From Vicugna vicugna (lineage: Eukaryota), in NCBI GenBank assembly GCA_013265495.1, contig MU058252.1, positions 2,390,244 to 2,454,243 on the forward strand: DNA of 64,000 nt, written 5' to 3'. The position numbers were made by a program, and so were the translations under genes. The notes beneath the pieces are model-generated. The model did no database searches. It had not been told where the DNA came from and saw nothing but the letters and a program-made list of their open reading frames with translations. Below, one piece after another: positions 48,444-60,845 of the stretch (its first letter is position 1; each line of letters opens with the position of its first letter).

Positions 48444-49373
48444 AACCCACACCTTGACAATGTCAGTCGCCCTGAGCTGCCCAGGCTTACAGATTCCCTT
48501 CAAAGAGAGATGAGGGCAACTTTATCTTCCAAGGTAACTAAAATAGCATGTTAATATCAAATCAAGACATTTCAGCTAACTCATTCATTTCTTTCCGAGT
48601 TGAGGCCACTGCGTGGTATCCACCTTTCGGTGGCCTGCGTGCACGGCAACGTGGATTACTCCTGGGTTTTCTCTAGGTTACAGGAAGCTTAGCCTTCGTG
48701 TCCAGATGTGCCTGGCAGGCTGTTTGTGTACGATCGCGTTACTTGGGCAAGGCTGGGAGTAAATTTTAAATGATATAGTCTGCAGTTTTGCACTAAGAGA
48801 TCGTGGAAGATGATTCATCATTCCCGTTGTCTTCCTGTTTACATGCGGGCATATAATTCACGCTCAGAAGCCATCTTTCAACTCATCTGGAAGCGCTCCA
48901 CTGCGCCACACGGAGTCTGTCTCTGCCATCCGGCGTTATAAATCACTTTTCTATTAAACAGCAGGGCCAAGAAATGCAAACATACATTCTTTAAATGTAT
49001 GTGGCCATCTCTAATTCCCAGCAGGTGAGCCAGAATTAAAGGGTTGTCCAAAAAGAGAAAGTGCTAGGACTGAATGAGTGAATTCTTTGACTTTAGGGCG
49101 TCAGAAATTGGCATCTCCGTTCACACAGCGAAGAGATGGCTGTGTACAGATTCCCCAGTTGGGTCTGTACGTGGGGACCGGATCTGCAGGATTCTTGGTG
49201 TACTCAATCTTTATTGTTCTGAAATTTTACTTCATAGGGTTTTTTGCTGTTGGAAGACAGTTGACAGGCAGGAAGATAAAAGATCCGCTTAAACTCTGAG
49301 CTCAGGGTGCTGTGCAGCCAGCTGTTCCCCACACCCCCAGACCAGGAAGGTGAAGCCGTCAGATGATGGCCCC

Positions 49374-49927
49374 ATATATATATTTTTCATATATATATAT
49401 TTTTTATTGAAGTACAGTCAGTTTACAACGTTGCATCAGTCTCTGGTGTGCAGCACACTGCTTCAGTCATACACAAACATATATATATTTGTTTTTAAAT
49501 TCTTTTTCACCATACGTTACTCCAAGATATTGAATATATTTCCCTGCGCTCTACAGTACGAACTTGCTGTTTATCTATTTTATATATGTTAGTATCTGCA
49601 AGTCTGGAACTCCCATTTTATCCCTTCCCACCCCCTTTCACCACCCCCTGTAACCGTAAGTTTGTTTTCTATGTCTGTGAGTCTGTTTCTGTTTTGTAAA
49701 TAAATTCACTTGTGTCATTTTTTCAAGATTCCATGTATAAGTGATACATTATTTCTCTTTCTCTGTCTGACTTCACTTAGTAGGACCATCTCCAGGTCCA
49801 TCCATGTTGCTGCAAATGGCATTATTTTATTCTCTTTCTATGGCCGAGTAGTATTCTATTGTATAAACACACCACATCTTCTTTATCCAGTGCTCTGTCG
49901 GTGGCCATTTAGGCTGTTCCCACGTCT
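49374..49927 (-). mobile_element. 5'-truncated L1 with (TA)n-converted tail
   Basis: ttttattgaagtacagtcagtttaca...; ORF 49827..50048 contains AKTWEQPKWPPTEHWIKKMWCVYTIEYYSAI (L1 ORF2); candidate TSD tggcccc at 49367-49373 and 49928-49934. Confidence 0.93.
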
Positions 49928-52099
49928 TGGCCCCCTGGTTGTCACCTGCTCTCGCTGAGGCCGTGGACAACACGCAGACTTGCTCATACGCACACACGGA
50001 CACTCCCTTCATCTGGCGTTCCCCGGGAGGGGAGGCGTCCCGGTTCACAGGTGCTCACCCACTTACGGGTTTTTTGTTCCTGTTGTTCAGCATCACCACT
50101 GTTTTACTGAAATCTTTTGAGACTACATTGTTTGCTTGCCTGTTTTCTTAAGCAAAGGGCACCCAACACAGTGCAGTCTCATTCCTTAGTTCTGCTGGGA
50201 ACTGTTACAACTGCGTGGGTCTCACGGTAGACCGTCAGGTGCCTGCATCAAAGCTTGTATGTGGGTCTTGCATGGGATATGTTCCAAGAACTGGTTTGCC
50301 CGGCTTGTTTTATAGATTAAGAGCTGGTGAGTCCTGAGGCGATGCCTGAGTCCCTTCCTGCAGAGTCAAGGGTGAGGGCTTCCATGAATAAGTCTTGCCT
50401 TGGCTCCTTGAGAGCGGAGGCTTCCTTTTTGGGTTGAGTCGGTGCCTCCATCCTTAATCATGGTTGGTCTTGAATTCATGATCTCCAGGTCGGGAGGGTC
50501 TTAGCTTATGTGTGGACAGCACGTGCAGGTCTCAGCTGAGACGTGACGTTGCAGCACATGGACCAGATGCCCAGCACGGACATGAGGGTCCCTGATAACT
50601 CCCAGGCTCCCGCCCCAGCCCAGCCAGCCGCCCTCTCCTTCTTCCTTTATTTCTCTTGTTAAACAGCCTGTTCTCTGACCTTTCCAAGCCTCTGACTCAG
50701 TGGCTTAGTTTTTTTTTTAACAATAGATCACCAAAAGGTGGCTTAACTATTGAAAATTTTATTAAAATCGTTATCATAATGACTTCATTAGTCTCTGAGA
50801 TTTCCACATCTTCTGTTCATTCCAGGGAAGCCGGCCATGCGAAGGCATCTGTGAATTGCTATTAACCTCTGCTGAATTAAAAATAGAGGTGGATGAACAA
50901 TCTTGGAGGCAGGCCAAGCCCTTTTCAGATATAATGGTTGTATTATAGCATCCCCAGTTTAAATGTAACTCTTTTGCATTATTAAGAAAGGCATGTGAAT
51001 TCACAGTAAACTGAGAATTTAATTTAATTTTCCCTAAATCAGTTAGAAGAAAATGAAGAATCTTTACTAGGCTTAATTCGGTGACCACAGGGACAGAAAA
51101 TCTTTGCAGGAAAGTCTCTGCGACAAGTCACATGGCCCCCTCATCCTCCCTAGATGCCCAGATCTGTTTTCTCCGTCTTCTCGATGAATCCATCCACGCT
51201 GCTCAGCCTTTTCTCCGACCCGCCTTCATTCTCTACACATTTTCCTCTAAGGCTTTGCCCCCGATCTGTCACCGTTGACCCTCCACTTCCTCCCACAGAC
51301 CAAACTGGGCACATTTCCAGAGCCCAGCTCAAACCCTACCTTCTCCGTGTTTCTCTAGCTCAACGGGCCACCACCCAGCTTGCTTCCCAGGGGTCTCTGG
51401 CTCTTCACAGCCGAGTTGGGGATGGAAGGGCCGAGAGCCCTGAAATACAATAAAACCACGAACCCTGCAACAGAGGGGAGTCCTTCAGTAGAGTTCCCGT
51501 GCTCAGGAAGACCACTTCCTGCCTTTTTTTAATCTGCCTCGTACTCACCTGCCTCACTTACTCTGGGACTCTGTGGCCCAGCTCCAGGCTGAGGTCACGG
51601 GCACGAGGGCCGGGCTGGGGGCCTGCGACGCTCGGCTGGCGGGAGCTCCGCCGCTCCGCCCTTGCAGGTCTCAGGAAGGCTTTTGTTTGCTGTTGGTCAC
51701 CACCTCGGGTTTTATGCCCCTTCCATAAATACTGTATTATGTAATTATTCATCAAACGGTAATCCTTGAGAAAACTGGAGGCAACCCAGCGAGGCCGTGG
51801 AGCCCGAGGGGAAAGCTGTGGGGCTCGGGCTGAGTGCTCATGAGAACCGTCTTCACTTCTACTCGGATAGGCTGTGCATGCATTTGCATAATCCAAGCCC
51901 CCTCCTCCCATGACAGACCCCTGACCTCCAGCTAACGATGCTTAAAGCGATGCTTCTCTTGGTCAACGAGAGGGGATGACCAAAGACAGGCAGAGCACGC
52001 ACTGACCTTCTCCACTCGCAGAAGATGCTTCATCACGGCTCCCTGGGGTGTAGATGGCAAACAGGTGTGCTTTCTACCCCTTCCTTCAGCCAGGCCTAC

Positions 52100-52815
52100 A
52101 TTTTACAAATACTTCTTGAGCATCCACTTGGGCTGAGAACCGGGGTTCGGTGGTGAGCACACACAGAGCTAATGAGGTAGAGTCAGAGAGACAGAGAGTC
52201 AAACATACCTGCGTCAACAAATGTGAAACTGCATCTGTGACCGGTGTCCCGAGAGTGACGAGATGCTGGGAAGCCGGTCACAGACTTCACCTGACTTTCC
52301 CGAGGAGCCGAGCTGAAACTGACATCTGAGGGGCGAGTGACAGAGGAGGGGAAAGGGTGAGAAGAACGTTCCAGGCAGAAGGAAGGGGCGGAGCCCTATG
52401 CAGGGTGGGATCCGGTTGAGTGTTGCCGGGGGAGAGAAGATGGGAGGGGCTGGGAGGGGCCCCGGGAGCCACGTTACAGAGCCTGACATTATCCTAAGAG
52501 GAGTGGAGACCCGTGACAAGAGCTTCGGAGGTCAGAGTAGGGTAGGGATGATGTCACTTCTGCAAATAGAAAAAAATAACACCCTTTCTCTTGGGAGTGG
52601 AGAATAGTTGGGAGGGAAGCCTGCATGGAGGCGATGGAACCGCTCAGAGGTCACTTCAGTACCCAGGCCAGGAACCCAGACAGCCTGGACCACAAAGGGG
52701 ATGGAGAGGAACAGACAGGGCTAGCAGATGCTGCGTTGTAAAATTCATGGGAGGAGGTGTTGGGGGTTAGAAAAAGGAAGGTTTCCAGGATGACTGTGCC
52801 CCAAGGTAGCAATAT
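52100..52815 (-). mobile_element. L2 relic
   Basis: caaatacttcttgagcatc...gaagaacgttccaggcagaagga...gtacccaggc resemble antisense L2. Confidence 0.6.
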
Positions 52816-53540
52816 AACCAAACTCTGATGAAACTGTACACTTGAAATGGTTTTGAATTGGTCCCCAGGCAACTCCGATTGCCTGCAGACCTTCACCTTT
52901 CATAAAACATGACATGAAATTAAGACCTAACTAACTTTTAAAATTTGCCTTCTACGTTGAACAATGTAGTAAGTAATCTGAAAAATGAACATTTTCAGAT
53001 TTCTTGTTTAACTATGACAACCAACTTCAATAGTTTTCTTTCTCAAAATGGAAATCACATCTCTCCCCGATGTACGGGGTTGATTTCCCAATTTACCGAA
53101 ATTAATCAACTACAAAAAAGATTCCTAGGAGCAGCCAGAGGAAATGAACATGAGCAGCACAATTTGATGACATAAGAGGCCTTTTGCAGTGTCTGATCAG
53201 TTCCGTACTTATTAGCATTTTTTAAAGATTTTAATTTCAAAATATGTGTATCGTGAGCAAGAAATGACTCAAAACTTTCATCCTCTTTTTGGTGTTTAGA
53301 AAAATGTGTTCATATGTGCAGTGTTCTGAAAACAGTCTGCAAAGAAATGAAGAAAATCAGCGTTTCTTTCCAGAGAATATCTACATTATACATATATTAA
53401 TGTTTCTTTCATATATATGCATATATACTAGGTACACGATTTTGAGCAAATCACATTACTTTTCTAGACCTCACTTGCTTTTGTAATGGAGTACTTGGAT
53501 TGTATGTTATCTAAGTTTTCTTCAGCTTTCCAGATTTTTA

Positions 53541-53655
53541 AAAATTTTATTTTTTATTAAAGTGTAGTTGATTTATAATGTTAGTTTCAGGTGTACAGCA
53601 AAGCAATTCAGTTGTACGTATACAAACATATATATTTTTTCTTTTCAGATTTTTT
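53541..53655 (-). mobile_element. L1 3' stub
   Basis: aagtgtagttgatttataatgttagtttcaggtgtacagcaaagcaattcagt; flanked by cagattttt on both sides. Confidence 0.85.
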
Positions 53656-53709
53656 AATTCTGCTGTTTTAGCATTGCCACTTCTACCCAGCAATAAGATA
53701 AGTGACCTG

Positions 53710-54844
53710 TTTTGTGTTTATCTTTTTTTATTGAAGTACAGTCAGCTACAGTGTGTTAATTTCTGGTGTACAGCATCACGCCCCAGTCATGCATATATAC
53801 CTATGTTTATTTTCATTAAAAGTTATTACAAGACACTGAGTTTAGTTCCCTGTGCTATATGGAAGAAATCTGTTTTTTATCTATTTTTATATATAGTAGT
53901 TAATATTTGCAAATCTCAAATTCCCAAATTTATCCCTTCCCACATTTCTTCCCCCCGGTAACCGTAATACTGTTTATTATGTCTGCCAGTCTGTTTCTAT
54001 TTTATAAATGAGTTCACTAGTGTCTTCTTTTTTCTTTTTTTAGATTCCATATATGAGCGATATCATACTGTATTTTTCTTTCTCTTTCTGGCTTACTTCA
54101 CTTAGAATGATGATCTCCAGGTCCATTCATATTGCTGCAAATGGCGTTATTTTATCATTTTTTTGGCTGAGTAGTATTCCACTGTATAAATATACCACAA
54201 CTTCTTTATCCAGCATCTGTTGATGGACATTAAGGTTGTTTCCGTATCTTGGCTATTGTAAATATTGCTGCTATGAACATTGAGGTGCATGTATCTTTTC
54301 AAATTAGAGTTCCCTCTGGATATGTGCCCAGGAGTGGGATTGCTGGATCATATGGTAAATCTATTTTTAGTTTTTTGAGGACTCTCCAGACTGTTCTCCA
54401 TAATGGCTGCACCAAACTGCATTCCCACCAGCAGTGTAGGAGGGTCCCCCTTTCTCCACAGCCTCTCCAGCATTTGTCATGTATGGACTTCTGAATGATG
54501 GCCATTCTGACTGGTGTGAGGTGATACCTCATTGTAGTTTTGATTTGCATTTCTCTGATAGTTAGTGATACTGGGCATTTTTTTCATGTGCCTATTGGCT
54601 ATTTGTAAGTCTTCAGTGGAGAATTGCTTGCTTAGGTCTTCTGCCCATTTTTGGATTGGGTTTGTTTCTTGTTATTAAGTTGTATGAGCTATTTATATAT
54701 TCTGGAAATTAAACATTTGTTAGTTGCATCATTTGCAAATATTTTCTCCCATTCCGTAGGTTGTCTTTTTGTCTTGCTTATGGTTTCCTTTGCTGTGCAA
54801 AAGCTTGTAAGTTTAATTAGGTCCAATTTATTTATTTTTGCTTA
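53710..54844 (-). mobile_element. 5'-truncated L1, ~1.1 kb, longest uninverted copy in the window
   Basis: ORF 54299..54550 [22 protein letters not shown]...[18 protein letters not shown]...DPAIPLLG is the L1 ORF2 Cys-rich region. Confidence 0.97.
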
Positions 54845-54954
54845 AAGTAAAAGAATATTGATTGATGTTTTTATTTATAAGCAATATTAGGGAGAAAAAG
54901 AAAAATCTTTTTGGTTTGAGAATCACTCTGTGACAGACTGCATGTGTGTGTCTG

Positions 54955-55135
54955 TGTATAAAATCTCATTAGCAATCACAGCACCAAGAGCATCTCTGTA
55001 TGGAAGGTTTCATTTTGCCCAGTCTGTGAATAAAGAAACTGATAGTGAAGAAACAAAGATATTTATACTCTAATGTTACTGGAGGCAGAATTAAAACCTA
55101 GGATTGTCTGGCTTCAAAGACAGACTCTCTCCCCA
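54955..55135 (-). mobile_element. MIR SINE relic
   Basis: aatctcatt...gaataaagaaactga...ggcagaattaaaacctaggattgtctggcttcaaag. Confidence 0.55.
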
Positions 55136-55837
55136 GGCCACGAGCACCCCTCATTTCCCAGGAGCCCCCCACACCAGTGGAGACGGGAACACTTCAACTT
55201 TGACTGGCAAGTAGTGTTTTAAAGCAACCTCACAAGTTTGGCCCCAGTAAACCTAGAAGACAGTGGTTATCACCCACTTCTCATGAATGAGCAAATGCGA
55301 TGATCCCATAGCAGCTGCTGAGGGACAGAAACAGCAGGAGTCTTGTCTTGTGTCCCAGCTGCACAGTAGACACCTGAGACCCTCAGGAGATGGTCCCCAG
55401 GGGTGGCAAGATGGGGACCTGGGGAGGAGAGACGGGCACCAGAGACTGACAGAATCTGGGGCTGGAGAGAGGCGAGAGAGAAGACAAGAGCCTTTCACCA
55501 AACTGCGTTATGTGTCGCAAGATACTCTTCAAGGAGCTCTCAGAAGACCCGAAGAAGCTATCTTGCCAGTGAAACTGGAAATCACTTGAAATATTGAATC
55601 TGGGGAAATTCCGTCTTGCGTAGAACATGAGTTGATGAATATAAAATGACAATTCAAGGATTAAACATCATGGTCGCAGACACAGAAGAACAGGGAGAGG
55701 GGAGGAGCATGTCAGTTCACAGACAAAGACACAGCAGGGGAGGGGCACCGGTGCTCACCCCTGCCAGTGACCTGATCAGAGACACAGTGATTCGGCTGGA
55801 AGGCCTTTCTTATGTCTTCACATTTGTGGAAAATTTA

Positions 55838-56018
55838 GATAAAAACCAAATTCCTTCTGTATAGCACAGGGAACTATATTCAGTATCTTGTAATAACCTT
55901 TAATGAAAAAGAATATGAAAACGAAGGTATGTATATATATACGCACAGCTGAGACATTGTGCTGCGCACCAGAAATGGATACGCTATAACTGACTATACT
56001 TCAATTTAAAAAAAGAAA
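55838..56018 (+). mobile_element. Short L1 3' end with TSD
   Basis: ctgtatagcacagggaactatattcagtatcttgtaataacctttaatgaaaaagaatatgaaaacg; TSD gaaaattta at 55829-55837 and 56019-56027. Confidence 0.92.
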
Positions 56019-56289
56019 GAAAATTTAAGTATCTCTATTTGGACCTCACTCTCATTGGCATAGGAACTTGGCCAAGTTCCTATCTGACAGGAAATACAGG
56101 TTCCTATTTTAAATTACGGCAGGATTGGCCCCACATGGACCTCCTCATTAGTCTCTGCTACCAAACATCCATAATTAATGTTGTCTTGACGTACATCAAG
56201 GTGCATGTAGCAACTCGTTGAGAGGAATTACAGTTGGACTCCTTTTGTTTATTCTTGGTGGTGTGTGATCTCCAGGGCCAAAGAATGGT

Positions 56290-56445
56290 AAGTCCTGGGT
56301 TTAGTTGTCATCTGTCCATAATCTGCCCTTGACTTTCAGAAGGTCACTTAATCTCCCTGAATCTCTCTTTTGCACCCAAAGGATGGGATATCAAAGCCCC
56401 TCAACCGATTTTAGGGAACCAGTAAGATAACAGATGAAAAAGCAA
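56290..56445 (+). mobile_element. MIR SINE relic
   Basis: cctgggttt...tgactttcagaaggtcacttaatctccctgaatctc...gatgggata. Confidence 0.55.
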
Positions 56446-56454
56446 ACACTTGGG

Positions 56455-57095
56455 CACCTGTTGGTGAAAATGTACGTTTTCATTTGCAGCTGCAATGGAA
56501 ACCAATATAGAGGTTCCTTAAAAAAATAAAAAATAGAACTACCATATGACTCACCAATTCTACTTGTCTGAGTATTTATCCAAAAGAATTAAAAACAGGA
56601 TTGCAAAGAGATATTTACCCACTCATGCTCACAGCAGCCTTATTCACAATGACCAAGAGGTGGAAGCGATCCAGGTGTCCCTTGATGGGTGATGGATAAA
56701 GAAAATATGGTCCATCCGTGCAGTGGAATGTGATTCAGCCTTAAAAAGGAAGGAAATTCTGACACCTGCTATAATACGGATGAACCAGGAGGACATTATG
56801 CTCAGCGAAATAACCTGATCACAGGACAAGCTTTTGTGACTGTCCATTTATATGAGAAATCTCAGAGTCAAATTCATAGAATCAGAAAATATTCTGGTCG
56901 TTGCCAGGGGCTGGAGGCGGGGAAAATGAGGCGTGGCCCTTTAGTGGGTATAAGGTTTCAGTTAGGTGAGATGAGTAACTTTTAGGGATCGGTTGTCCGC
57001 CACTGTGCATGTAGCCCACAGTTCTGTACCGAACACTTGGAATTTTGTTGAAGGGGTAGATCTGTTATCTGATTTTACCACAATAAAAATTAAAG
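56455..57095 (+). mobile_element. Old L1 (L1MA/L1MB-like) ORF2 end and 3'UTR
   Basis: aaaatagaactaccatatgac...aaaaggaaggaaattctgacac...gttgccaggggctgg...ttttaccacaataaaaa. Confidence 0.9.
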
Positions 57096-58689
57096 TTTAA
57101 GGCGCCATTCCCGATGCGTTCCAGATGTCCCTGAGAGGTGTCCTTCCTCCCCAGTGTTACTCAGCATCCTCCAGAACTCTTCATCAGGCGGGCGGGGCTG
57201 TGTGGCTGAGTGTGGGTGGGGCTGTCATTCAGAACCGCATCAGGAGGACGTGCCAGGCACTGTCATCCTTGTGATCAGGTGGCGGAAACCTCTGTCATTT
57301 ACTGAACCGACCATCAGGCAAAACGAGGAAGTTCTGAGTATTGTTTGACATCTGTCTCTTATCATGTTCTCTACCATCTCTCCTTCACTATAGCTACAGT
57401 TTATTTAACCTGCTGAGAAGTTTCAAGGAGGAAACTAAGTGGATGAGACATCAGTGAAAATGAACGCTCTCCATTCAGAAATAGCATTATTTTCCCTTAT
57501 CCCGCGAGTAACAGCAAGGGTAAAAGGGTGGTGTCACTATCAACTCCAGAGCCCAAGCTTGATAGAAGTAATAATCAAATGGGGTCTTCAGATCAATAAT
57601 TCTCAAACTGTTTTGTGTAGCCCAATAATTCCCATTGAATACTTCAGACTGAATCTGACAGTGTTATTTTAAAAACAAGTTGGAGTGACTTTTATTCCCA
57701 TGGAAGATGCCAAATTGGTAGTGTAAAAAATTGATAGCTTCAACCCAACCCTGAAGAGGCAGTGTGTACTCAGTCAGATGGTTGGTTCTTTTTCTGCATT
57801 TCACGGGGGTCCTAGGCTCATCAGACCACTTGGAAGTACTTATTTAATTTCCACTACAGCGGAGACCTGAAAAAAGCTGCTGTGGCTTTCATTCTAAGTT
57901 GGGAATAAAAGTAGTAGACACAACTTTTGTTTCAAGTAAGTCATTATTTTGTTTTGATGTTTAAACCAAGGAAGCATCTAAATAGAATCAGAAGGTAGAC
58001 AGTTTGGCAGGCTGAGAAAAAATAAGAGAAAAATGGAAATTGCAAGAGAACCTATTTCCCTTAATTCTAAGGAAGACCCTCAAGATACGGTCCTAGGTTC
58101 ATAAGGGAGAGAAGAATTTGAATCAGCTTTAAAAATGACTTTTTAAAATAACGTATATTGCTTTGGAAGAGTGCTTTATATTTTTTAAAAGATGTTGTAG
58201 CATTATAAAGAGATTGGAGAAAAGAGATTTCTGGTTTGGGGAACTGAAGGACATAAAGAAAGGTTTAAGAGTTACAAGATCTGAATGGAAACCCGAGGAG
58301 CCTTTCAACTGTGAGCATCCCCTGCCTCCCCACCTCTCCCTTCTCCACCCCCTCCCGCACGTGCTCGCGCGTGTGCATAAACACACACACGCACATTAAG
58401 CTGGCATCACGCACTAAACACATGCAAGGGGGATGAGAGACACGGTCCCCACCTTAGTAAGTTTTCGCAGGTGAAGGTTAACTTGTGAAGAAGTCAATCA
58501 ACAAAGCGTGTCCCACATTTACAAAGACAGAGCAGGGAACAAGGGCCTTGATTAGATTCGAACAGTGGACACTGGAGATGGTTTTCTCTTACCACTTTTC
58601 TCCCCACGGCCGTGACCTCTTCTTCCCTGAAGGGGTTCAAGCAGCTCTTTCCCACCTGGGTCCTGTTCCTTCAGATCCTAGTGGCAAGT

Positions 58690-59075
58690 TCTTCCCGAGC
58701 TGTGCTTGGGAAAAATGTCTATTCAAGCCCCTTGCCCGCGTTTAAATCTGGTTGTTAGCTTGCTTCTTGTCTTGTTTTGTTTCCTGTTGAGTTGTTGGAG
58801 CAGCTCGTGGACTTTGGAGGTGAAGCCCCTGTTAGAATCACGGGCTCCCATTCTGTCGGCTGTCCCTTCACTCTTGACTGTTTCCTTAACTTGCGTTCCT
58901 GGAATAAACCTCTCCCGGTCATGATGTGTTACCCTTCTCATACGGCATGGGGTTCAACCTGCAAATCATTTATTTACAATTTCTGCATGTTCTTGAAAGT
59001 TAATAGCTTTTATTTTTCTTTCCTTGTAGCTGTTTTGTCAGGTTTTGGTGTGAGGGTAAATCTGACCTCGTAACA
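58690..59075 (-). mobile_element. Old L1M ORF2 fragment
   Basis: aaatgtctattcaag.cc.ttgccc...ttcctgttgagttg...ttgtcaggttttggtgtgagggtaa. Confidence 0.6.
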
Positions 59076-60149
59076 CAATCTGCAAAAACTGGGGCCTGCA
59101 GCGCAGTAACAGACCTTGAATGTCTTCGGCCCAACCACCTCATGGTACAGCTGAGGCATCTGAGGCTCCGGCTGATACAGGGACTTGCCCGGCCTCCGTC
59201 TCGGAGTTAGATGCACAGACTGGGAACATCCCAGAAGTGCCTCTCAGTCGTCTCTCTCTCGGTTCCTAGTGCTCCTCTGTCTCTTCCCCAGAACACGAAG
59301 ACCATGGGCTGTGGTTTTCCAAAGACTCGGCGCGAGGTCCTGGTAGACGTCTGGTTTGTACCACCTTTGCCACACCATAACATGTATGGAGTGAGTGCTG
59401 AGTGCCCACACCGTGCTGGTCTCTAGAACTGAGCCTCAGAGGTTGAGCTCCAGCCAGATCGTCCACGCAGGGACTCAGATCCAGGAGGACAAAGGGAGGC
59501 AGAGGCAGGCTGAGCAGCAGCGCTGATGCAAGGACGTGGCCAGAGGTGGACCGGCACCCCGGGTCCTCTCTGATCTGCTCAGGGGTGCGCCTAGAGACGG
59601 GGCTGCACTCGGAGGCCAGGGGCCTCAGCGCAGGGGAGAGCAGGCCACAGAGGCCGGAGCAAGCAGGGCTCGCCCCCGATGATACCCCAGGCTGGTGGAG
59701 ACCTTGAAACGAGACTGTGCCTGTGGAGATAATCTGTAAAATTCTTCCTTTGCGGAAGTCGCTGTTACTGTGGCATTGTAGGGTCCCGCGAGTTTCCCAA
59801 ACTGGATATGTCCGTGGCTCGCTGAAGAGCGCGAAGGGCAGGACGGAGGTCACTCGTGGGTTCGATTGACACCAAGTACCATGCGTCCAGGGGTCTGCCT
59901 CACACCAGCAGGTTACACAGGTTAGCCTTGCGGTGACAGAGGGTCTCCTTCGGGGCTCTCTCTGTGGTGGGGCCGTGCTGTTCTGTGGGGGATGGGGAGG
60001 CCGGGAGGGCATCCAGCTCGTCCTGGGTCACCCAGATTAGCTTGGCCACCTCCGGCCACCTCAGCAGCACCAAACTACCAGCACCCCAGGTGGCCCAGAA
60101 CTTGTCTGTAACAAGTGCTCACTGGGCGCTTTCTGTGCCCGATTCTCTT

Positions 60150-60260
60150 CAAGCCTCACAGTAGCACCTGGAGGATGCCCATCTGACAGATGAGGAAGCT
60201 GAGGCTCAGGGAAATCACCAAGGTCTGAACACTAAGAGGTGAGGGATGCAGAGACCTCCC
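60150..60260 (-). mobile_element. MIR SINE relic
   Basis: cccatctgacagatgaggaagctgaggctcaggga matches the antisense MIR core. Confidence 0.75.
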
Positions 60261-60582
60261 GGGTCCGCTCCCAGTGGTCCACTGGTCCTCCCCGAGCTCC
60301 TGCCTCTTCCCTCCCCCGGCTCCTCCCACTCCACCCCTTCTGTCCCGCGAAGCCCCCTCACCTCCCACCCACCCGCAGGCCCCTTTCCACGTGAAGCCTC
60401 CCCCAGGGCAGGGGCCTTGCTCTCGGTGTTCCAGGGGTATGTCGCTGCCCTGGTGCACGTGCAGCCTGATTAAAAGTTCATGTTGTGCCTCACATTTACA
60501 GACAATAACGTGATGTGACTGTTCCCCTGAATATCGCACGCACTGATGGCTTGGCCTTGGCTTCTCTGATTTGTGAACTTAC

Positions 60583-60845
60583 GGTGCACAGAAGAGTCTA
60601 CATGAGCCACTCGTGACCTTGAAAGAGGTGACTTCCGCCTCCATGCAAGGAGGACCCAGCCTGAGGGAGGCTGGCGGTCTGAGATCGGCTGGGGGAGGGG
60701 CGGGGAGCTGGACAGACTCCGTGAGCGCGAGCATCCTTACAGCAGGTGCGGGGCGGGGCCGGGGCGGATACTGACATGCGCTGAGTGATGCTGGTGGCTC
60801 TCTCACTCTGGTTGCCTCCTTGCCTCCTGTCCCTGACGTGACAAG
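60583..60845 (-). promoter_or_regulatory. Candidate GC-box promoter and first exon (minus strand)
   Basis: Three GGGGCGG(G) boxes (60697, 60750, 60761), ETS CGGAAGT (60631-60637), TCAAGGTCA (60614-60622), donor CACC|gtaagt at 60583/60582. Confidence 0.35.

Noticed and set aside
50170..50560. Possible old LTR fragment
   Set aside because: Termini, TSD and family could not be defined by eye
54249..54845. ORFs with protein-like sequence
   Set aside because: Sense and antisense translations of a truncated L1 ORF2, not host genes
56276..56288. 12-nt plus-strand micro-exon candidate (ctccag|GGCCAAAGAATG|gtaagt)
   Set aside because: Interrupted pyrimidine tract, donor abuts a MIR relic, no supporting plus-strand exons
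59266..60012. Longest ORF (248 aa, minus)
   Set aside because: Pro/Ser/Arg-rich, no recognisable domain, no splice context; expected by chance in GC-rich DNA
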